Shown here one piece after another: positions 9,909-18,966 of a stretch of 64,000 bases of DNA. The DNA comes from Rubripirellula sp. (GTDB taxonomy: Bacteria > Planctomycetota > Planctomycetia > Pirellulales > Pirellulaceae). Under the pieces are notes generated by a model. That model saw only the letters and a list, made by a program, of their open reading frames with translations. It made no database searches and was not told where the DNA came from. The DNA is taken from the NCBI GenBank assembly GCA_965216875.1, contig OZ244207.1, positions 4,864,001 through 4,928,000 on the forward strand, in the 5' to 3' direction. Both the position numbers and the translations under genes were made by a program. Position 1 is the stretch's first letter. The number at the start of each line of letters is the position of its first letter.

Positions 9909-12313
9909 CGCACGTTACTCTTGCCCCCCGCACTTGGCGATTCATCCGTCGAACAAGGAACGGTGAAAGTGAACTCCGTTCCTTTACCGACTTGGCTCTT
10001 TACCTCGATGCTGCCGCCCATCATCTCGGCCAACCGATGGGAGATGGCCAGTCCCAATCCCGTACCTTCGCTGCGGCGGTTCAGACCGCAGTCGAGCTGG
10101 CGAAAGGGCTGAAAGATCGTTGCCAAATCATCCTGCCCGATCCCGATGCCCGTGTCGGCAACACTCGTCACTAAAGCGTCACCTTCCCGGCGACAAAGGA
10201 CAACCACCTCACCTGAGGGGGTGAACTTGATTGCGTTGCTAAGCAGGTTCAACAAGATCTGTCGAAAGCGGCCACGATCAGTTGCTAGCTGCGCCCGATC
10301 ATCGGGCAACGTGACGCTCAAGGAGAGTCCTTTGCGAGCCGATTCGGTGCGGACCATCGCCACAGCCTGTTCGATCACCTCGCACGGATCAAACTCCGTC
10401 GCACGCAATCTCAGCTCTCCTGCATCGATCTTGGAAATATCCAAAACGTCGTTAATCAACTCGAGTAGGTGGCGTGAGCTATCGGCCACCATCGAGAGCT
10501 GCGTCTTTTGCTCGGCGTTGAGCGGCCCGACGATCCCCTGCAGAAGAATCCCTGTGAATCCGATGATCGAATTGAGCGGAGTCCGCAACTCATGAGACAT
10601 CGTCGCCAGGAACACACTTTTGACGCGGTCCGCTGACTCAGCTGCCTCCTTCGCCTCGCGCATTTTGAGCATCGCTTCACGATACTGAGTGACGTTTCGC
10701 GCGACCCCTTCGATACGAATGACCTTTCCGCTGGAATCGACAACCGGTCGTTGCCGGAACTCCAACGTGCACCAGTGGCCAGTAATTCGATTGCGCATCC
10801 GCAATTCATAGGGCTCGGGCGTGATCCCCGCGATACACTTCTCGATCGCATCAAGACCTTTGTCCAGTGAATCAGCTGGAGCGATGAAATCTCGCCAGCT
10901 GTGACCGACCACTTGGTCCGAAGAAACGCCAAGCAAGTGGTCGCAAGCGCTGGTGAATTGAACGATGCGGTCCACGCCGACCTCAAAGACGACGTAGTCG
11001 GGGTCAACGTCACCAACCAAGCGCTGGTAGCGTTCCTGGCTTTCCCGTAGCCGACGTTCGGTTTCCTTCTGGTCGCTGATGTCGACCGCTTCGGGAATCA
11101 ACAGCCTAACGTGACCATCACGATCTCGAACGGGCGAGATCGAAAAGACGCTACTTCGAAAACGTCCGTCGGGAGCGTGATAGGGGATGTCATCGCGAAC
11201 ATAGGCTCCGCGTGCTGCCTCCTGAACCATGTTCCGCACACGATCCCGCGTGATGTCGTCCATCCACCAAGGCGCATCCCAAATGGCCAGGCCTTGCATC
11301 GACTGTTCCGTGGCACCGGCGGCGCGAGCCATCGCTTGATTCACGCGCAACAACTTTCCAGTGGGCAACATCATGCCAACCATCAATGTCGTGTTGTTCA
11401 AGATCGCGTTGAGTGTTCGTTCACTTTCCTCGATCCTTCGCAGCGCCGCCGATAGCTCCTCGGTTCGTTTGGCGACTCGCAATTCGAGGTCCTGGTGCGC
11501 CTCGCGGAGCGCTTTGTCGGCACGACGTTGTTCGGTGACATCCGGAAAGACCACCACCGCCGCAGTGACATCACCATTCTTGTTCTTGACCGGCGCGGCA
11601 TTGCCAAGCACCCAACGAGTTTCGCCGCCTTGACGGCGAATCAACACATCAACGTTGCGGACGGTTTCGCCGTTGAGCAGTGCTCGAGACAATGGCAAGT
11701 CTTCGGGGCGATACTCGCTTCCGTCTGGGTGAAAACACTGCCACTTTGCCGGATGATTCTCGATGGGGATTTCGGTAAGCGGCTCGCTTGTGTCCCCTCG
11801 GATTCCAAACGCGGCGCTGTTTGCGATTCGGATATGACCACTTGGCGCATCAGCAACAAGAATCCCGGCGGGCGAACTTTGGATCGCTGCCATCAACAAC
11901 GAACGCGTTCGCTCAAGTTCCGTTTCTTCCTCCGCGCGGTCGATGCGACGATGCGCGATCGCCAGCGTTGCATTGACACCTTGAAACAAGAAAGGAGTTT
12001 GTACCATCGTCAGTGTGACCGAGGCACCGTTGTCGCGCGTCCGGCAGTGAACGACACCATCGGAAGGCCAGGTCCGAACGGGCAACGCTTCTTCAGGCTT
12101 GCGAGCTTGCTCTGGATCGTCGTACTGAAAGAGGTCTGACAACCGCTGGCCACGGAGCGACTCACCCTCCGGCCGCTGCACCAGCGCGACGGCAGCTGCG
12201 TTTGCGAACTGAATCTGTCCACCCTGGTGAACAAAGATGGGGTTCACTGACGACTCAAACTGCCCGACTTGTGAGTCAGCCTTGGCAGCATCTGAAAGCT
12301 GTGTCTCCGACAT
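9905..12313 (-). CDS. Multi-PAS cytoplasmic sensor histidine kinase
   Basis: Several PAS/PAC repeats, H-box FLATMSHELRTPL, NLLSNAIKFT, DTGIGI and GTGLGLAI. Its stop overlaps the response regulator start (ATGA). Confidence 0.93.
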   Translation of the reverse strand: MSETQLSDAAKADSQVGQFESSVNPIFVHQGGQIQFANAAAVALVQRPEGESLRGQRLSDLFQYDDPEQARKPEEALPVRTWPSDGVVHCRTRDNGASVTLTMVQTPFLFQGVNATLAIAHRRIDRAEEETELERTRSLLMAAIQSSPAGILVADAPSGHIRIANSAAFGIRGDTSEPLTEIPIENHPAKWQCFHPDGSEYRPEDLPLSRALLNGETVRNVDVLIRRQGGETRWVLGNAAPVKNKNGDVTAAVVVFPDVTEQRRADKALREAHQDLELRVAKRTEELSAALRRIEESERTLNAILNNTTLMVGMMLPTGKLLRVNQAMARAAGATEQSMQGLAIWDAPWWMDDITRDRVRNMVQEAARGAYVRDDIPYHAPDGRFRSSVFSISPVRDRDGHVRLLIPEAVDISDQKETERRLRESQERYQRLVGDVDPDYVVFEVGVDRIVQFTSACDHLLGVSSDQVVGHSWRDFIAPADSLDKGLDAIEKCIAGITPEPYELRMRNRITGHWCTLEFRQRPVVDSSGKVIRIEGVARNVTQYREAMLKMREAKEAAESADRVKSVFLATMSHELRTPLNSIIGFTGILLQGIVGPLNAEQKTQLSMVADSSRHLLELINDVLDISKIDAGELRLRATEFDPCEVIEQAVAMVRTESARKGLSLSVTLPDDRAQLATDRGRFRQILLNLLSNAIKFTPSGEVVVLCRREGDALVTSVADTGIGIGQDDLATIFQPFRQLDCGLNRRSEGTGLGLAISHRLAEMMGGSIEVKSQVGKGTEFTFTVPCSTDESPSAGGKSNVR

Positions 12314-12472
12314 GCACCTCGCATCCTGGTGAGGCTCGAACGCCTTTCATTCCAACGAAAGGAGCGAACGAGTAGTGGCGGTGAGTGTGAGAATCATTGT
12401 TGGCGATCCGACTCCCCCGATCAAGGCGACGTTACCCCCTGATCGATGGCCTCGGCAATTTCCTAGTGGCCG

Positions 12473-13435
12473 CTACCACTCTCCGTAGTCGGCAAGGACT
12501 TCACCTTCAGCCTTGGTAATCAAAGACGCATACAACTCGATGTCGATTTCGGCTGAAACAAACCTTGCACTTCCGTCGGCAAGGTTGATCACCATTCCGC
12601 CCGGATGAAACGCGTAGGCTTCGTTGTTGTTGGTCACGTTCATCACCTTGGGTCCAACGCAGCGCAAACCGTCTTCAGTAAAGCCATGCACGGGCACCAT
12701 GTTGGCTGGATTCGCCCAGCCGCCGCCGCGGGTTCGACCGTTCACGACGTTGAAATTGCTGCACCCATTGTTGTTGGTCATTGGGCCGAGTCGCCCTTGC
12801 ACCCAGTACTCGGGGCGCCCCGCACACTCGACCAACAACAGCGTGTTGGACAAACCGTCGCTAACGTCCCGAAAACGTGTGATGCGTTTATTGATCAAAC
12901 CCGTGCGATCGCGACGCTCCTTTACGAAGCCCCCGGCAATGATCTCGCGGGTCAAATCACCATGCGGGACGTAGTCGGTTGTCGCTGTCACAACACCTTG
13001 GCGCACTTGATCCAAGTAGTCTCCCTTGGGCGACGATGGACACAGCAGTGTTTCAATCTTGCTCGCGATTGCATCGCTATTCTCTTGATGATCCCAGCGA
13101 TAATTGAAGTCGTAGATCTCCTGCACGGCGCCGCGCTCGATGTACGGCAAGATCGCTGCGGCCCACGTGTGGCCAAGCCTGGGCAATGATTGACGCGGAA
13201 ACTGCTTGAATGTGCCGTGATAATTGTGCGCAGCAAGACCGATTTGGCGCAAGTTGTTCGAGCAAGACATCCGCCGCGCCGCTTCCCGCGCCGCCTGAAC
13301 CGCTGGCAATAGCAAACCAACTAAGATCGCGATGATCGCGATGACCACAAGGAGCTCAACAAGAGTAAAACCGCAACGCCGCCCAATGAAAGGGTGGCGC
13401 CCGATTTGACTCGGTTGGATAAGCAAGGAACGCAT
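12473..13435 (-). CDS. DUF1559 prepilin-type protein
   Basis: [29 protein letters not shown] and [12 protein letters not shown]. Confidence 0.94.
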   Translation of the reverse strand: MRSLLIQPSQIGRHPFIGRRCGFTLVELLVVIAIIAILVGLLLPAVQAAREAARRMSCSNNLRQIGLAAHNYHGTFKQFPRQSLPRLGHTWAAAILPYIERGAVQEIYDFNYRWDHQENSDAIASKIETLLCPSSPKGDYLDQVRQGVVTATTDYVPHGDLTREIIAGGFVKERRDRTGLINKRITRFRDVSDGLSNTLLLVECAGRPEYWVQGRLGPMTNNNGCSNFNVVNGRTRGGGWANPANMVPVHGFTEDGLRCVGPKVMNVTNNNEAYAFHPGGMVINLADGSARFVSAEIDIELYASLITKAEGEVLADYGEW

Positions 13436-13527
13436 CGCGATCCCTCAGCGCCGAAGGTGAAAAGCTGAATTTCAGATTCACCATCATAGGGCCTGCGATC
13501 GCGCGTTGCGAATTCAAGAACGTTCGA

Positions 13528-14445
13528 TCAAGGCGTTTTCACAAAACCAATCGTCGACTGAAAAATCCTGTGAGAACGATTCTCATGGGCTTCCGAAAGG
13601 TCGGCGTCGGCAATGTCTTCCCAGTTTGCCTTGCAATAGTTGCAGCCAATGTCGTTGACGTGAAACGACACATACTGCTGCCAGGGGCTGTCCAATATCC
13701 CCAGCTGAGCCTTACCCAATGTGGTGCGTTTCGGACAACTTGGTCGATCACGTTCCCAAATCTTGCTCAGCAAGTCCGAACCCAACTCACTTTCACTAGA
13801 CAGCTGTCCATCAGAGTTTGCACTGACGTTTTCTTTCATCCGAGCGAGCAAGCGATGCCGAATCACTGCAATGCGGCCTTCCGCAACATCGATTAACTTC
13901 GACAACTCGCGATTTGATACGGCTGCGTAGAAAACGCCTTCAAGGATCATCAAATCGCGAAGGTTGCCTTTCGCTTTCAGTTGGTCGATCACGTGGTGCA
14001 GTGCATCGCACAAGGTACGTTCAAGCTCACTTGCGTTTTCTTCGTTCTGCAGATGCACACTTGGAGACGCTTGAGGATCTGCAAACGACTCAACTGGATC
14101 ATCACCCGAATCTCGTCGCCACCCACACGCATTGACTTCTTTGCTGCTGCCACGCGATCGATAAAGATCGATGATGCGTCGACGCAGGATGCGAAACAAG
14201 CACGCTTCAATGCGTGTGCGTTCGCCAAACACCCCGTCATCCTGCACACGATCAATCGACCGCAAGAATCCAATGAACGCCTCTTGCACCAAGTCTTCGG
14301 CATCACTCACCGAACTCGTTTGACTTCGGGCAAAGGCAATCATTCGTCCCTGATAGCGAGCAACGAACTGCGCCCATCCATCAGGGTCGCGCTGACGAAC
14401 GAGTTGAAGCAGGTACTCTTCGGCTGGCGAATCAGAATGAGTCAA
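13528..14445 (-). CDS. ECF sigma factor with C-terminal Cys/His (zinc-finger/anti-sigma-like) extension
   Basis: Sigma2 motifs DAEDLVQEAF and LFRILRRRIIDLYR, a sigma4-like HTH, then the tail CPKRTTLG...FHVNDIGCNYCKANW. Confidence 0.85.
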   Translation of the reverse strand: MTHSDSPAEEYLLQLVRQRDPDGWAQFVARYQGRMIAFARSQTSSVSDAEDLVQEAFIGFLRSIDRVQDDGVFGERTRIEACLFRILRRRIIDLYRSRGSSKEVNACGWRRDSGDDPVESFADPQASPSVHLQNEENASELERTLCDALHHVIDQLKAKGNLRDLMILEGVFYAAVSNRELSKLIDVAEGRIAVIRHRLLARMKENVSANSDGQLSSESELGSDLLSKIWERDRPSCPKRTTLGKAQLGILDSPWQQYVSFHVNDIGCNYCKANWEDIADADLSEAHENRSHRIFQSTIGFVKTP

Positions 14446-14560
14446 GGTGCCACGTCAAAGACAATGGGAAATGGTTTTCTTGGAACGACTTGCTTTCACC
14501 GACAAGTGTGCATCTCGCCAATCATCGCCGCAATGCCGCTACGTTTGCGAATCGGCGACA

Positions 14561-15835
14561 CTACGCAAAGTTAAGCATCACGACGACCAACACAAAAAAT
14601 GCGATTCCGGCAACCGAACAAGTCGCCACCAATCGCGTCTTCTCGTGGGTCAGCCCGATCAACATCCAGCCCAACAAGCACGCCACGACAACCATGCCGA
14701 CGAACCCTGCCAGACGAGACCGCCACTGGGAAGGTTGTTCGTCAGCGACCTTGGCGGGTGCTCTGTAATACAATGCCGAGGCAAGACGGTCCGCAGAAAA
14801 ATCCAACAGTATGGCCTCGCGAAAACGATCGCCATCGGGCGTCGACAGCTTCTGTATGAATCGATCGACCTCGAGTGCATCACTTTCAATTGCCGAGTTG
14901 ACTTGAGCATTCAGAGCGCCACTCTTGCTCAATTGGGTGCGGACATGATTGATTGCGTCACGATGCGCCTCTTCGGCGTCGGGCATGAGATTGCCTGAAA
15001 ACCCAGCAAGATAGTTTCCAGATTGTGAGTGATTGAATTCTTGAACCGACGCGAGCCAGGGTTTCACATCAAACGACACCTCACGCATGCGAACATTTCC
15101 AGCATGATGCACCGTCGCTTTCAAGTTGGCGTATCGCTCTGCAATGCGATCGGTTGATTTCCGACTGCCACTCGTTCCAAGTCCAAAATCGATCACAATC
15201 GTCGCGTCCGATTCGGCACCTGCATTCGTGACTTTGGCGTCGTCAAAAGCGGTGCGCAAACATTCACGAAACCGTTTTTCGTTCTCGCCGACAAGCTCGC
15301 GGAAATGTCTGCTTTGCGAAGACTTGACCAGGAACGAGATTTCATCCGATTCGCTGCTTTGGATCGCTTCGTTCAAAACGGGGCGCAACGTTTCACACAA
15401 CGCCTCGACCGCGATCGCCGCGTTGGAATAGCGATCAGCGTCATATTGAAGCTCTGGCTGCGTGTCCCAAACAACGACTTTGGCATCTTGTTGTGACTGC
15501 TTTACTTGGGCGGCAACCGCATCACTCATCGCCCTCGACAAATCCCGGCGCGCCGATTCATGCAGATCGTTGCTGACGGAAACTTGTCGGTAAGAAACCA
15601 AACTTCCAGCGACAACAAAGATCCCCAACACCCCGAACAGGCAGAGACCAGCAACGATCCACGCGCCCGACACATTGCGCGCGATGACGTAGATCATCCA
15701 GGGGATCAAGGCGAACAGAAGCACACCCACGATCGCGACGATGAACAACGCGCTGAACCTGAATCCGACGACATCCATATTCATGCCGGCGTCGGAACCA
15801 GCGGCTTCGGCAACTTGTGCGAGAATCATCTTCAC
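14561..15835 (-). CDS. Hypothetical membrane protein (N- and C-terminal TM helices, large extracytoplasmic domain)
   Basis: Two N-terminal and two C-terminal hydrophobic helices; shares motifs with the upstream gene. Confidence 0.8.
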   Translation of the reverse strand: MKMILAQVAEAAGSDAGMNMDVVGFRFSALFIVAIVGVLLFALIPWMIYVIARNVSGAWIVAGLCLFGVLGIFVVAGSLVSYRQVSVSNDLHESARRDLSRAMSDAVAAQVKQSQQDAKVVVWDTQPELQYDADRYSNAAIAVEALCETLRPVLNEAIQSSESDEISFLVKSSQSRHFRELVGENEKRFRECLRTAFDDAKVTNAGAESDATIVIDFGLGTSGSRKSTDRIAERYANLKATVHHAGNVRMREVSFDVKPWLASVQEFNHSQSGNYLAGFSGNLMPDAEEAHRDAINHVRTQLSKSGALNAQVNSAIESDALEVDRFIQKLSTPDGDRFREAILLDFSADRLASALYYRAPAKVADEQPSQWRSRLAGFVGMVVVACLLGWMLIGLTHEKTRLVATCSVAGIAFFVLVVVMLNFA

Positions 15836-15839
15836 CTAC

Positions 15840-17195
15840 CTATTTTGCCGGCTGAACGTGACTGACTTGAACTTGAGGGGCCGGTGGACGGGACGGCGGA
15901 ACGGGTTTGCTGAACGTTCCTGCGACCAGTAGGACACCACCACCCACCAAAACGAAAACGACTGCGGCGACGGCAACGATGATGCGATAATAGCCGCGAG
16001 TTAACAGATTCAAAATCAAATACAACAGCGACGCAATGACAACGACGGCAACCAATCCAAGCACACGTACGCCAAGCGAACCAGCCTTTTGGGCACGTTG
16101 AACGTCGGCTTGATGCAGCAGGCTGTCAATCCGTTCTGGCGTGACCTCGATCAACATCGCTTCGCGATAGACATCACCGTACGGGCGCGACAGTCGTTGA
16201 GTGAAGTAGTCGGCCACCAAATCGCCGGAGCGAACCGCATTGGGGAGGGTGTCCTCGATGTCGGCGGAGACCAACATTCGCTCGGCGTCGGCAAACGCTT
16301 GGGCTCGCGCGTCAGCTGCGGATGGGGCAAGCTTCGCTGAACGGGCAACGATCCATTTGCGCCCGTCGTCATTCCATGCGGTGAAGTCCGCAAGTGAGTG
16401 CACCCATGCTTTTTGTACGAATTTGGCAACAAAACGATGGGAGCGATCCGACTGGCGCAACGCCAACTCAATCGTTCCACGTTGGTCATCTGGTCCGTTA
16501 TCTGCCCACTCGGCGAGCCTCAATTGCAACGTGGCCTTCGGGGCATCCTCGCTATCTCCAGAAGAGGGTTCATCAACGATCGATAGCTTGGAATGCCTCA
16601 ACCGCAGCTCTTTCCGAACCTGTTCCATCATCAACAACGTATCCATGCCCGATGATTTTTCAGGAGCCGGTGACGGAAATGTCCCGACGACCGAAACGAC
16701 CAATGGCTCGTCAGCGGTCTCGAGTTGAAGTGCTGCCTGCTTCGCTAACTTGGTTGTCGCGGCGAGTGCTGAAGAATAAACGTCCGCTTCAAATTCCTCA
16801 TCAACCTCGACTGTCCAAGCGGGCGATTGGCTGGTTTGAAAACGGATCTCGGGCGTTCCCCGATCCTGAGGTGCTGAGGGTTCGTTTACAGAGGGGCCAC
16901 CTCGCAATTCGGGAGCACTTGGTCGAGGTACCGGTGGCGGGACAAACCCATCAACGCGCACCTCAACGGGAGCCGAATGTTCGCTGATTTCAACGTGCGA
17001 GGCAGTGCGGACGAGCGTCAAACTGGCGATCAACAAAACAGGCGAGCAAATTCCGAACGCCAACAAACACCAACCGAAAACGCGCACCACCGAATTCTCG
17101 CTGCGCACCATCACAATCACCGCTACCACTCCGAGAGCGGCGACGACGACAAGGACGAGCATCATCAAGATCAAGACAATGGGAACCGTGGCCAC
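15840..17195 (-). CDS. Hypothetical membrane protein, paralog of 14561-15835
   Basis: Likely GTG start at 17195 after GGAG. Same topology as the neighbour, with DYFTQRLSRPYGDVYREAMLI matching DRFIQKLSTPDGDRFREAILL. Confidence 0.8.
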   Translation of the reverse strand: MATVPIVLILMMLVLVVVAALGVVAVIVMVRSENSVVRVFGWCLLAFGICSPVLLIASLTLVRTASHVEISEHSAPVEVRVDGFVPPPVPRPSAPELRGGPSVNEPSAPQDRGTPEIRFQTSQSPAWTVEVDEEFEADVYSSALAATTKLAKQAALQLETADEPLVVSVVGTFPSPAPEKSSGMDTLLMMEQVRKELRLRHSKLSIVDEPSSGDSEDAPKATLQLRLAEWADNGPDDQRGTIELALRQSDRSHRFVAKFVQKAWVHSLADFTAWNDDGRKWIVARSAKLAPSAADARAQAFADAERMLVSADIEDTLPNAVRSGDLVADYFTQRLSRPYGDVYREAMLIEVTPERIDSLLHQADVQRAQKAGSLGVRVLGLVAVVVIASLLYLILNLLTRGYYRIIVAVAAVVFVLVGGGVLLVAGTFSKPVPPSRPPAPQVQVSHVQPAK

Positions 17196-17202
17196 GATGT
17201 TG

Positions 17203-18966
17203 TTACTCCGCTGCAACAAGAAGATTGGATTTGTGAAGGGTTTCGGCAGGCTCCGGCACCGAATCAACTTTCGGTTGATCGCTTACCGCCAAGCCGGCGT
17301 TTCCGCGGTCATTGCCCCTGTCGCCTTGGCCCGAACCAGCGGTGCCATTTGACGCCTGGAAAGCGGAAGCGACCTGCAGAGCGAAACCGGCTCCGACCAT
17401 CACGGCAACCGCGAGCATCGAATTGCCGCCCAGCATTTCGGCCACAACAAAGGCCACCGCCGAAGCAAACAAGACAGGAGCAAGTCGAATTCGCTGTGGA
17501 CGACGCGGTGCCGACAAGAGACTCCAGTTTTGAATCAACAGCGGCACAGCGACGGGAATCAAATTCGCATAAGAAAACACAGCAAGCGAAACGTCAAACA
17601 TTGAAATGAAGGCAATCACCATCGCACCGGCCACAAAGACATGAGTGAGACGGGCGGCAAAACCGTTGCGACCAAGATTGCCGCGACGCATCATCATTCG
17701 CACAACCAATCCGCTCAGGAAAACGCCAACCGACATCGCCAGAATGCCGATCATTTCATCAACACCAATCGGCTCCGGCCCGACAAGGCTGCCGAAGACG
17801 CGAGGCGATGAACCGGTGCCCACCAATTCGGTCAGGTTGGTTCCAACGATGGTCATCAACGGTAGGGTCGCGATCGCAAGGATCCATCGCCAAATCGGCG
17901 ACAGCGGGTCGCGGACCAATGTTGATTCACTCGCCACGCGGCTGTCAAAAACAGCGGCGTGGTAGCCGAACAATCCCAAGTCGCGTCCCCATTGACGCAT
18001 CGGATTGGGCTCGACCTGTTCGGCCAACAATGGTTCACGCTGCGTTGATGTCAGCGCCGCGTCAACGCGGTCGGTCGCAACTTCACTTTCCTGACGCGAC
18101 TTTCGCGCCGCGTGATCGGCAACCATCGACAAACTGGCTGGACCAAACCCAGTCATCGACTCGGCAACCCCGTCGACTCCCTTGAGTGCGGCAGCCATCT
18201 CTTCGGCCGACTGATAGCGATCAGCGGGATCACGCTGCATCGCCTTGCGAATCACAGTCGCGAAGGGTTCGTCAATGTTCGACACATCGGGTTCTGCCGA
18301 CAAATGTTTCATCAAGACTTCGCCCATGCTGTCGCCACAGTAGGGCGGGGCACCGGTCAGCATTTCATAGAGCATGACCCCGAGTGCATAGATGTCGACC
18401 GTCTTGTCATAGCGCCCCATGGAAATCTCGGGAGCCATGTAGTGAACCGTTCCAACGGTCATCGTATGACCGCTACGGTGACTCGCCGTGATCACTTTGC
18501 TAAGGCTATAGTCGCCAATCTTGACAACGCCTTCCTCGAAGAAAACGTTGTGCGGTTTCAAGTCACGGTGAACCACACCCGCACCATGCAAATACGTCAG
18601 CCCTTTGGCAAGTTCACAAACGAAGTAGCTTGCCTTTTCGGGACCGAGTCCACCGGGGGATTCATCCAGAATGTCACGCAGCGACGGTCCGGAAACGAAC
18701 TCCATGATCACCCACGGCATTCCGTCGTCGCCATGTTTGACGTCGAAGATCGAGACCAAGTGTTGCGACTTCAAGTTCATGCAATGGCTAATGCCACGAA
18801 GTTCAATCTCTTCGTAGTTTTGCACGCTCTTGAGCGCAACTTGTCGCCCCGCATCACTGACGGCAAAGTAAACTTCGCCAAATCCGCCGCGTCCAAGTGC
18901 GTACTCAATGGTGTAGCCATCAAGTGGGCGGTCACCGTCTTGAAAGTGAAACTTGCTCATGCCCAA
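17203..18966 (-). CDS. Hanks-type Ser/Thr protein kinase with polytopic C-terminal membrane domain
   Basis: LGRGGFGEVY, VALK, HRDLKPHN, DYS at the DFG position, GTVHYMAPE and DIYALG, followed by about 6 hydrophobic helices. Confidence 0.95.
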   Translation of the reverse strand: MGMSKFHFQDGDRPLDGYTIEYALGRGGFGEVYFAVSDAGRQVALKSVQNYEEIELRGISHCMNLKSQHLVSIFDVKHGDDGMPWVIMEFVSGPSLRDILDESPGGLGPEKASYFVCELAKGLTYLHGAGVVHRDLKPHNVFFEEGVVKIGDYSLSKVITASHRSGHTMTVGTVHYMAPEISMGRYDKTVDIYALGVMLYEMLTGAPPYCGDSMGEVLMKHLSAEPDVSNIDEPFATVIRKAMQRDPADRYQSAEEMAAALKGVDGVAESMTGFGPASLSMVADHAARKSRQESEVATDRVDAALTSTQREPLLAEQVEPNPMRQWGRDLGLFGYHAAVFDSRVASESTLVRDPLSPIWRWILAIATLPLMTIVGTNLTELVGTGSSPRVFGSLVGPEPIGVDEMIGILAMSVGVFLSGLVVRMMMRRGNLGRNGFAARLTHVFVAGAMVIAFISMFDVSLAVFSYANLIPVAVPLLIQNWSLLSAPRRPQRIRLAPVLFASAVAFVVAEMLGGNSMLAVAVMVGAGFALQVASAFQASNGTAGSGQGDRGNDRGNAGLAVSDQPKVDSVPEPAETLHKSNLLVAAE

